Shown: positions 15,695 to 23,660 of the stretch, piece by piece
How the letters are laid out: the number at the start of each line of letters is the position of its first letter
How positions within the stretch are numbered: position 1 is the stretch's first letter
Assembly (NCBI GenBank): GCA_016206685.1
Contig: JACQRB010000056.1
Location: forward strand, 1 to 48,329
Direction: 5' to 3'
DNA length: 48,329 bases
From: Candidatus Omnitrophota bacterium
GTDB lineage: Bacteria > Omnitrophota > Gorgyraeia > Aquiviventales > Aquiviventaceae
Translations under genes and position numbers: made by a program
The notes under the pieces: model-generated
The model's database searches: none
Seen by the model: only the letters and a program-made list of their open reading frames with translations
What the model was told of the DNA's origin: nothing

Positions 15695-16563
15695 GCTACT
15701 ACCGGTTGCTCGGACTGGACCGCGAGCCCTTTTCGACCAATCCGGACCCGGCGTTTTTCTACCAGTCGCCGCAATACCGCGACACGCTGGCCAACCTCAT
15801 CATCGAGTTCCGGCTCAAGCGGGGCTTGAGCGTGGTCCTGGGCGACATCGGCGTCGGCAAGACCACGCTCGGGCGCAAGCTCATCCAGATGCTGCGGGAG
15901 CGCTCCAACTTTCTCTTCCACATGATCCTGGATCCCACCTATCCGTCTGAGGAGCTCTTCTTCCATGACCTCACCCGCACGCTGGGGATCGAGCTGCCCT
16001 GGCAGACCCCGACGCTGGTTGACTACCGGGATGCGCTGGAGCGGTTCCTGTTCCGCAAGGCCCTGCAGGAGGAGCAGACGATCGTGCTCATCATTGACGA
16101 AGCCCACAAGCTCAACGAGCTTTCCCTGGAAGTGTTGCGCCTCCTCCTGAACTATGAGACCAACGACGCCAAGCTCCTGCAGCTGGTGCTCTTGGGGCAA
16201 ATGGAGCTGCTGCCCCTCCTCATGGGCCTGCCCAACGTCGTCGATCGCATCAGCTTGAAGGGCACCTTGACACCGCTCACCTTGCTTGAAACCCACGAGT
16301 TGATCGCCTTCCGCCTGGAGGAGGCGGGCTACCGCTCGCACATCCCTCTGTTCAGCCCGGAGGCGGTTGAGACCATCTGCGCGTATACGGAAGGCTATCC
16401 CCGCCGGATCGCGATGGTGTGCCACCAGGCGTTGCGCCAGCTGGTCATGCGCCGGGAGCGATCGGTTAATGAGGGCTTGGTGGAGGAGCTGATTCAACAC
16501 GAGATGGAGTCGGGATGGGATCCGCCAAGAAGGGCAAGGAAACTCCAGCCGAGCAGTTGCTGA
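15691..16563 (+). CDS. ExeA/GspA-family AAA ATPase
   Basis: GLDREPFSTNPDP, Walker A GDIGVGKTT, Walker B IIDEAH, KLLQLVLLGQ, GYPRRI; ATGA coupling to MerR gene. Confidence 0.92.
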   Translation: MSYYRLLGLDREPFSTNPDPAFFYQSPQYRDTLANLIIEFRLKRGLSVVLGDIGVGKTTLGRKLIQMLRERSNFLFHMILDPTYPSEELFFHDLTRTLGIELPWQTPTLVDYRDALERFLFRKALQEEQTIVLIIDEAHKLNELSLEVLRLLLNYETNDAKLLQLVLLGQMELLPLLMGLPNVVDRISLKGTLTPLTLLETHELIAFRLEEAGYRSHIPLFSPEAVETICAYTEGYPRRIAMVCHQALRQLVMRRERSVNEGLVEELIQHEMESGWDPPRRARKLQPSSC

Positions 16564-17192
16564 GGATGATCGAAGGTCCGGCCGGCGCCGCCAACGTACC
16601 ACACGCGTCGGCCTCGCCATCGCTCAGGCAGCTGTGGGCCGGCTTGCAGGAGCTGCCGGGACGCCTCTTGTCTCGGCTGCGACCCGCCCGACGGGAGACC
16701 GACGCGTTCCTGTGGAACCTGACGATGGCGCAGCGGCTCCTCTGGGGCGTGCTGCTGGCGTTGGGGGCGTATGTCGCGTTCGATTTGGTCGTCGTGCAGC
16801 CCAGGCCGAAGCTTGGGCGCAGGGTCGCGACCGCCACTGTGGAGCCGGCGACGGAGTCCCCGGGAGCCTCCGGCAGTCCCGCGAGTGCGCTCAAGCCGCT
16901 TGCCGAGTATCTGGCCGTCGTGCAACAGGCCAGTCCGTTCGGCGGGGCCGCCTCGATCATCGCCGCCCCCGCCGCGCAAAGCACGAAACAGCGGCTTGCG
17001 GAGCTGGCACAGGGGCTGGTGGTGGTCGGGATCGACCGCAGCGCCAATCCAGAGGCGATCATCGAAGATACGACGCAAAAGCGCACGTATTTCATTAAGG
17101 TGGGTGATGAGCTCAACGGGATGGCCGTTAAGGACATCAGTGTCAAGGGGGTCATCGTCAGCTATGAAGGGGAAGAGCTCCTCGTCAAGTAA
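16515..17192 (+). CDS. GspC/PilP-like membrane-anchored protein
   Basis: One TM then LVVVGI...PEAIIED...YFIKVGD...VKDISVKGVIVSYEGE (T2SS-C HR domain-like). Confidence 0.7.
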   Translation: MGSAKKGKETPAEQLLRMIEGPAGAANVPHASASPSLRQLWAGLQELPGRLLSRLRPARRETDAFLWNLTMAQRLLWGVLLALGAYVAFDLVVVQPRPKLGRRVATATVEPATESPGASGSPASALKPLAEYLAVVQQASPFGGAASIIAAPAAQSTKQRLAELAQGLVVVGIDRSANPEAIIEDTTQKRTYFIKVGDELNGMAVKDISVKGVIVSYEGEELLVK

Positions 17193-17221
17193 GTGGGGCC
17201 TGTCGTGTCGCGCACCCGCTG

Positions 17222-17329
17222 GGCAGCGGGTGACGCGGAGCGGGGGCCCCCGCCGACCGCAGCCGACGACGCGCGCCGGCTGCGTCGGGGCGCGGACGGC
17301 GGGGTCGCGCAGCGGCAGGACCCGCTGCC
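17222..17329. repeat. Structured dispersed repeat, copy B
   Basis: 10-bp IR GGCAGCGGGT/ACCCGCTGCC; blocks 17228-17244, 17261-17269 and 17294-17319 are exact reverse complements of 7823-7839, 7792-7800 and 7740-7765; direct repeat ACCCGCTG at 17214-17221 and 17320-17327. Confidence 0.85.
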
Positions 17330-19023
17330 TCCTGATGGCCGTCTGGCTCGTCGGCGGCGGTGTCTGGTTGAGCCTGCCGGCGGCGGCCCGCTCGGAGGAT
17401 GCGCTCGAGGATGCCCTCCTGGAGACGGCCTCGGCCGAGCCCCCTACCACGTACCTGCGGGGCATGGAGGAGCGGGTGTCGCTGGATCTGCGCTCGACCG
17501 AGGCGACCGATGCGCTGAAATACCTGGCGACCAAAGGCGGCTTGAACATCGCGATCAGCAAGAACGTCGCGGGCCGCGTGAACCTGTTCCTGACGGATGT
17601 GCCGATCCGCGACGTCTTCGACTTGGTCCTGCGCAGCAACGAGCTCGCCTACGACAAGCAGGGCAACATCTACAACATCATGACCGAGGCCGAGTATCGC
17701 GCGCTCTACGGCAAGCGCTTCGCGGACCTGCGGCGCGTGGAGACCTTCCGCCTGAAGTACGCCATCCCAGAGCAGGCGTTCAACCTCTTGGATGCGCTCA
17801 AGAGCGAGATCGGCCGCTTGCTGGTTGACGAGGACTCCGGGACCGTCTCCGTCATGGATACGCCGGAGCGGTTGCGCCAGATGGAAGAGGCCCTCGGGAC
17901 CCTGGAGCAGGGCAACACCGTGCGCGTGTTCGATCTGCGCTACGCCAAGGCCAAGGACGTGGAGGAGCAATTGAAGGACCAGCTCGAATCCAAGAAGCTG
18001 GGCTTCATCAAGGCCGACGAGCGCAGCAACCAGGTGATCGTGCAGACCCTGCCCAACCGGATGAAGGACATCGAGCAGCTGGTCAAGGCCCTGGACCGCA
18101 AGACCCGCGAGGTGCTCATTGATGGCCGGATCGTGAAGGTCAGCCTGGTCAACGGCGCCGATACCGGCATCGACTGGGACAAGATATTCACGAACCTGAA
18201 ATTCCACGGGATTGACACGACGAACAGCTTCCGCACCACGACGACGGGCACGGCGCCGTCCGAGGTCCCCGGCGTCACCAAGATCCGGATTCCGGACATC
18301 AACCTGCCGGGAGTGAAAACCAAGTCCGGCACGGACCACGAACTGAAGTTGGGCCAGTTGGCGTTCGGGACCGTCGCGCGCGACGGCTATGAGCTGTTTC
18401 GCTACCTCCAGACTCTCGGCAAAACGAAGATCATGTCCAATCCGCGCATCCTGGTCACGGAGAACCAGGAAGCCCGCATCCATGTGGGCACGCGCGAGGC
18501 CTACGTGACGACGACCACGACGACCGGCCAGACCACGACGACCACCGCCGAAGAGGTCCAGTTCATCGACGTGGGAATCCAGCTCGTGGTGACCCCGAAG
18601 ATCAACGAGGATGGGTTCGTCACCATGAAGATCAAGCCGGAGATCTCCAGCGTGATCCGCACGCTCACCACGCCCAGCGGCAACGCGATTCCCATCGTGG
18701 ATACCTCCACCGCGGAGACGAACGTCATGGTGCAAGACGGGGCGACGGTGATCATCGGGGGCTTGCGCAAGGATGAGAAGAAAGTCACCGATAAGCAACT
18801 CCCGTATCTGGGTCGTATTCCGCTGATCGGGCCGGCCTTGTTCCGGGACCGCGACCAGGATGACGAGACCTCGGAGCTGGTGGTCTTCATCACCCCCCAT
18901 ATCGTCGCCGGCGATACCCTGGTGACGGGGGATGAGGAGGCGTTGGGTGGAGGCATCAAGCCGTACCGGGAGTATCAACCCCTGCTGGAAAAGCGCGCGC
19001 GCGTGGAGCCGCTGAAACCGTAG
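17230..19023 (+). CDS. Secretin (GspD/PilQ family); start codon uncertain
   Basis: N-domains (FRLKYA, FDLRYA, ADERSNQVIV), REVLIDGRIV, MSNPRILVTENQEARIHVG, DVGIQLVVTP, GATVIIGGL, LPYLGRIPLIG, ELVVFITPHIV. Confidence 0.93.
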   Translation: MTRSGGPRRPQPTTRAGCVGARTAGSRSGRTRCLLMAVWLVGGGVWLSLPAAARSEDALEDALLETASAEPPTTYLRGMEERVSLDLRSTEATDALKYLATKGGLNIAISKNVAGRVNLFLTDVPIRDVFDLVLRSNELAYDKQGNIYNIMTEAEYRALYGKRFADLRRVETFRLKYAIPEQAFNLLDALKSEIGRLLVDEDSGTVSVMDTPERLRQMEEALGTLEQGNTVRVFDLRYAKAKDVEEQLKDQLESKKLGFIKADERSNQVIVQTLPNRMKDIEQLVKALDRKTREVLIDGRIVKVSLVNGADTGIDWDKIFTNLKFHGIDTTNSFRTTTTGTAPSEVPGVTKIRIPDINLPGVKTKSGTDHELKLGQLAFGTVARDGYELFRYLQTLGKTKIMSNPRILVTENQEARIHVGTREAYVTTTTTTGQTTTTTAEEVQFIDVGIQLVVTPKINEDGFVTMKIKPEISSVIRTLTTPSGNAIPIVDTSTAETNVMVQDGATVIIGGLRKDEKKVTDKQLPYLGRIPLIGPALFRDRDQDDETSELVVFITPHIVAGDTLVTGDEEALGGGIKPYREYQPLLEKRARVEPLKP

Positions 19024-19025
19024 CC

Positions 19026-20108
19026 ATGCCTGAGCCAGCCCTCGTGCCAGGATCCCAGAAACCCGGCGGGCCGCTGGGAAGTGGGACCATGTGGCTCGTG
19101 GCCCTGCTGGTCATCGCCAGCGGGGGGGCGACCTACTTTGGCTGGCGCGCCCAACAACTGACCACCACCTTGCACCAGTTGACCCATCAGCGGGAGGGGG
19201 TTGAAGAGGCCCAGACGACGCTGCAAACTCGCTGGCAGACGATCCAGACGCAGTACGACGAGCTCACCAAGACCCACCAGGCGCTGAGCCAGGATCGTGA
19301 CAACCTCATCGCCCAAGTGGCGGGCACGAAGGAAACCTTGGAGCGCCAACGCGAGGAAACCGCTCGGCACGAGTCGGCGGCCCGGCAGACCGCGGCTGAG
19401 CGGGATCTGTTGGCGTCCCTGCTCAAGAAGGCCGCCCAGGAGCACCAGGCGTTGAGCGGCCAGGTGGGGCCGCTCCAGGAACAGCTCCAAGAGCTCGAGC
19501 GCGTCTACGACCAAGCTCTTCAGGAGCGGGATGCCCTCAAAGGCGACCTGGCCAAGGCGCTCCAGAAAACCCATGAGAAGCAGCTCAAACAAGACCTGGC
19601 CTCGCAGCGCAAGGAGCGCCAGGAGCTGGAGCGGCAGTTGCGCTCGGCCCAGCGAGAGATGGGAGAAATCCAGGGGCGCGAAACGCGCGTGAAGAAACAA
19701 TTGAAGTCGCTCCAAGAGGATTACGCGAAGGTGGCCGCCGACCGCAATCGGCTCAGGCGGCAGAACACCATGATTCCCAGCGACGTCAACCAACTGGCGC
19801 GGGAGCACCAGCGTCTGTTGAAGGAGACGGCCGACATGCACTACAACCTGGGGGTGCTCTTCAGCGAGCAAAAGCAGTATGCCCAGGCGGCGGCGGAGTT
19901 TGGCAAAGTCATCGAGCTGCGTCCCGATGACGCGGATACCTACTACAACCTCGGGGTGATCTATGCCGAGCATCTCCCGGACCGGGAGCGGGCGATCGCG
20001 CATTTCCGCCGGTATCTCAAGATCAATCCGCGGGCCCGAGATGCCAGTTGGGTCAAGCAGTACATCGCGTCCTGGCAAGCCTATGAGGCGAAAGAACGCC
20101 TGGAGTAG
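19026..20108 (+). CDS. Membrane-anchored coiled-coil protein with C-terminal TPRs
   Basis: N-terminal TM, Q/E/L heptads, ADMHYNLGV...ADTYYNLGVIY...AIAHFRRYL. Confidence 0.88.
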   Translation: MPEPALVPGSQKPGGPLGSGTMWLVALLVIASGGATYFGWRAQQLTTTLHQLTHQREGVEEAQTTLQTRWQTIQTQYDELTKTHQALSQDRDNLIAQVAGTKETLERQREETARHESAARQTAAERDLLASLLKKAAQEHQALSGQVGPLQEQLQELERVYDQALQERDALKGDLAKALQKTHEKQLKQDLASQRKERQELERQLRSAQREMGEIQGRETRVKKQLKSLQEDYAKVAADRNRLRRQNTMIPSDVNQLAREHQRLLKETADMHYNLGVLFSEQKQYAQAAAEFGKVIELRPDDADTYYNLGVIYAEHLPDRERAIAHFRRYLKINPRARDASWVKQYIASWQAYEAKERLE

Positions 20109-20112
20109 CGAC

Positions 20113-23100
20113 ATGAACAGCGGCACCTCCTCAGCATCTTGCGGGTTCAGAAACGGCGTGTGGGTCCGGGGATGGGTGGGCCTGATGCTGGTGCTTGGCC
20201 TGTCCGGGAGGCTCTTCGCCGATTCCCAGGACGCCCAAGGCACGTTCGAGAGCGCCTACAAACAAGGCCAGGCGCTCTACGAGCAGGGCAAGTACCAGGA
20301 AGCCACCGCCGCGTTCCAACGGGCGCTGCAGCTTATGGATCGCGATTCCTCTCATGGCGCTGCGGGGGGAGCGGCTCCTCCCCCCACGGCTGAGGAGTCC
20401 TCGGACTATCAGCAAGCCCTCAAGGAAGCTGTCGCCGTGCCAGTCCCGTCGGATGCCGTTGGGCATTCCCAGCTGACCTTCCTGGCGACCCAGATTGAAC
20501 AGTTCAAGACGGCCCTCGAGGTGAAAGAGGACGAGCTGCGACGATTCGCCCAGACGCTCGCCGAACGCGACCAGCAGGTGCAGCAAGCCGGCCGCGAGCG
20601 GGACCGGCAGGCCGCGAGGGTTTCTGAGCTGACAGGCAAGGTCCAAGCGATTCAAAGCGATAACCAGAATCTGCTGAAAGAGCGGGAGAGCCTCAAGCAG
20701 ACCAGCCATGAGCTTGAAGAGCGCGTGTCGGGCCTGCAAGAGGACCTGGCCGGGCTCAAGGGCCAATGGAGCACGGAGCTGGAGCAGACCAAACGCACGC
20801 TCGCGCAACGCGAAGCTGAGCTGGCGCTGGCCAGACAGGCGGACGTCAAACTCCAAGCGCAAACCGACCAACTCCGGACCCGCGACCTCCAACTGGCGCA
20901 ACTGCAGGAGCAGCTGCGCACCCTTCAGGACACGTACGCCGCGACCACGCGCGAGGCCGACGCGCTTCGGACGAACCTCTCGCCCATCACGGGCGAGTTC
21001 GAGCGGATGAAGCAAGCCTACGCGTCCGACCGGGAGGCGTTGAAACAGCTCACCAACGACCACGATCAACTGCAGGCCGAGCGCAACCAGTTGAAGGACA
21101 GTCTGCGCGTCGCGCAGCAGGCGAATGCGCAGCTCACCGATGACCTGGTGGGGGCGCGCTCCACGGCGAGCCAGCTTGAGGGGCAACTCGCGAAGCTGAA
21201 AAACGAGCTGGCGGGCCGTCAGCAAGACATGATGCGCACCCAGGACACGATGACGAAATCGGAAGGGCGCTTCACGCAGGCGACCCAAGAGCTTAAAACG
21301 CTCCGGGAGTCCAATGCGTCATTGCAGGCGCAACTCCGCCAGACCACGGATGAAGTCCTCGAGAGCCGGACGAAGCTGAAGGTCCAAGAAGAGCAGACCC
21401 AGCAGGCCCGCCAGGCCTTGACCCAAGCGCAGGAACGTCTCTCGAAGGTGAGTGTCGAGCGCGAGCAATCGCAGCAACAACTCAGCGCCCTGCAACAGGA
21501 GCAGGCCCAGACGCGGAATCAACTGGCTGGCCTGGCCCAGGAGACGGCGGCGGCGAAGGAGCGGGAGCGCAAGGCCACCGACCAACTGCAGTACGTGCGG
21601 GATCTGAACGCGCAACTGGCGAAGACCGGCGAACAGCAGGCGGCCAAATCCATGGAATCGGCCGCTCGTCTGCAGGCGGCGGATAGAGACCACCAGGCGC
21701 TGGCGAAGGAACTGGACCAGGCCAAACGCGCCAACCAACAGCTCGAAAAGCATCTGAAAACCGCCCAGGACGAGGCCACGCAGACCCGGGAGGGCTTTCG
21801 CAAGGAGCTGGACCAGGCCAGACAACTGCTCGGCAGCCGCGAAGAAGAGCTCGCCTCGGCGAAAGAGCAGGCCGCCCAGGCGCAGACGGCCGTGACTACC
21901 CTTGACCGGCAGCGGGCGGTCCTCGAGGGGCGCCTGACGTCGAAAGAGGAGGAGGCGCGGCGACTGACCCAGACCCTGGCCCAACACGATCAACAGCTCC
22001 AGCAGGTCTCACAGGAGCGGGATCAGCGGGACGTCAAGCTCGCTGAACTGGGTGCGCAGCTCCAAGCCGGCCGCAAGGATCAACAGACGACACTCGCCCA
22101 AGCGGAGGGCGCCAAGCGCGCCAACCGGGAGCTGGAGGAGCGTCTGCGGCTTGCGCAAAACGAGTTCACGCAGGCTCAAAGCCGGTGGAGTCGGGAGCTT
22201 GAGCAGGTGAATCGCACGCTCGCCAAGCGCGAGGCGGACCTGGCGACGGCCACGAAACAGCTCGAACAGGCGCAGGCCGACACCAGCACCCTGAAACAAC
22301 AGCAAGCCGTCCTCGAGCACCGCCTGCAGGAGCGCTCGACGGAGACACAGGAGCTGGAGCGCAAGATGGCCGCGCTGACCCAGCAGCTGCAACAAACCCA
22401 AAGCGACCTCACCGCCAATCAGCAGCAGGTGGCGGCGTTGCAGGAACGAGTCAATGAGCGCACGCAGCAACTCACAGGCCAGGGGGAAGAGCTCGCCCAG
22501 TCGCAGGCGCAGCTGCGCGACCTGGAACGCGCCTACGCGACCTCCAAGACCGAAGGGGAGCAGATGCGCACCACGCTGGCTTCGAAAGAAGAAGAGCTGC
22601 GGCGGCTCAGTCTCACCATGACGCAGGACCAGCAAGCGCTTCGGCAGGCGACCCAAGAAGCTACCGAGGCGCAGTTCCAGCGCAAGCATCTGGAAGAGCA
22701 GGTTCGGATCGCCAAAGAAACCCAGGGGGGATCGGAAGAGGAGTTGAAGTCCACGCGCCAGCAAGCCGCACGCCTGCAGGATCAACTGGTGGCCGCGCAG
22801 TCCGACCGGGACCGGTTCCGCAGCGGGATCGATCAGCGGGAGACGCAGCTGGGGCAACTGCAGGCCGAGTTGAGCGGCGTCCGACGGGAACTGGCCGGCG
22901 CGCAAGCCGAATCCAAGCAGGTCGAGCTCGGTGCCCAGGAGCGGGAGCAGCAGCTCGTCGTGGATCGCGAAGGCTACAAGTGGCAGGTTGATCGCCTGCA
23001 GCGCGAGCTGGAGCGCTCGCAGGCCGCTTACCGGCAACTGACCCAGGAGCGGGAGCAGCAGCTCAATGCCATCGCCCAGCGCACGGTCGGCAAGGAAGAT

Positions 23101-23652
23101 TACGACCGGGCTCAAGAAGCCTTAGCCGACGGCCGGACTCAGCTGGCCCGGCTCAACGCGGAGTTGACGGAGCGGGACCGCGTCATTGCGCAGCTTCGCA
23201 GCGATCTGGCCCAGCGGGAACGCGATGCCAAAGCCAGCCAACAAGCCCTGGGCAAGGCCCAGGAGCTGCTTCAGCTCTCGCCGTCGCTGCCGACGTCCGC
23301 CTCCGCATGGCCGAGGATGGGAGCGGGGCCTGGAGCCGGGACGGCGACGCCCGGCGCGGGATCCGCACAAGCGGTGGATGCGGCTGCTGAGGGAACCCAG
23401 GTGAGAGTCTATCGAGCGAACGAGGAGCACGGGTTCGTGGTCATCTCGGTCGAGGGGATGGCCAATCCTCAACCCGGCGATACCGTGCTGTTGTACGTCG
23501 GCAACCGGCCGGCCGCGGAAGTGCAGTTGGGGGACATTGACGACGACCGCATGGCGGTGGCGTATATCAAACGTAAGCTGGATCCCCACGCGACGATTCG
23601 CAAGGGCGACTTGGTCCTGGCGCGGCATTTTACCAAGCCCCAGGAAGAGTAA
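20113..23652 (+). CDS. Giant exported coiled-coil protein (1179 aa) with N-terminal TPR and C-terminal beta domain
   Basis: GGAG RBS; signal-like segment; TPR AYKQGQALYEQGKYQEATAAFQRAL; ~900 aa nearly Pro-free Q/E/L/A/R; C-terminal VYRANEEHGFVVIS...IRKGDLV. Confidence 0.88.
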   Translation: MNSGTSSASCGFRNGVWVRGWVGLMLVLGLSGRLFADSQDAQGTFESAYKQGQALYEQGKYQEATAAFQRALQLMDRDSSHGAAGGAAPPPTAEESSDYQQALKEAVAVPVPSDAVGHSQLTFLATQIEQFKTALEVKEDELRRFAQTLAERDQQVQQAGRERDRQAARVSELTGKVQAIQSDNQNLLKERESLKQTSHELEERVSGLQEDLAGLKGQWSTELEQTKRTLAQREAELALARQADVKLQAQTDQLRTRDLQLAQLQEQLRTLQDTYAATTREADALRTNLSPITGEFERMKQAYASDREALKQLTNDHDQLQAERNQLKDSLRVAQQANAQLTDDLVGARSTASQLEGQLAKLKNELAGRQQDMMRTQDTMTKSEGRFTQATQELKTLRESNASLQAQLRQTTDEVLESRTKLKVQEEQTQQARQALTQAQERLSKVSVEREQSQQQLSALQQEQAQTRNQLAGLAQETAAAKERERKATDQLQYVRDLNAQLAKTGEQQAAKSMESAARLQAADRDHQALAKELDQAKRANQQLEKHLKTAQDEATQTREGFRKELDQARQLLGSREEELASAKEQAAQAQTAVTTLDRQRAVLEGRLTSKEEEARRLTQTLAQHDQQLQQVSQERDQRDVKLAELGAQLQAGRKDQQTTLAQAEGAKRANRELEERLRLAQNEFTQAQSRWSRELEQVNRTLAKREADLATATKQLEQAQADTSTLKQQQAVLEHRLQERSTETQELERKMAALTQQLQQTQSDLTANQQQVAALQERVNERTQQLTGQGEELAQSQAQLRDLERAYATSKTEGEQMRTTLASKEEELRRLSLTMTQDQQALRQATQEATEAQFQRKHLEEQVRIAKETQGGSEEELKSTRQQAARLQDQLVAAQSDRDRFRSGIDQRETQLGQLQAELSGVRRELAGAQAESKQVELGAQEREQQLVVDREGYKWQVDRLQRELERSQAAYRQLTQEREQQLNAIAQRTVGKEDYDRAQEALADGRTQLARLNAELTERDRVIAQLRSDLAQRERDAKASQQALGKAQELLQLSPSLPTSASAWPRMGAGPGAGTATPGAGSAQAVDAAAEGTQVRVYRANEEHGFVVISVEGMANPQPGDTVLLYVGNRPAAEVQLGDIDDDRMAVAYIKRKLDPHATIRKGDLVLARHFTKPQEE

Positions 23653-23660
23653 CTGAAAAA

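Noticed and set aside
16771-17229. Upstream extension of the secretin ORF (750 aa)
   Set aside because: It overlaps the GspC-like gene and translates as low-complexity Arg/Ser/Pro sequence
18505-18548. ACG/ACC run encoding VTTTTTTGQTTTTTA in the secretin
   Set aside because: In-frame mixed codons in a Thr-rich loop; not a slippage tract
20113-23652. SMC or phage tape-measure identity for the giant coiled coil
   Set aside because: No Walker motifs or hinge, it has a signal-like N-terminus, and no phage genes are nearby
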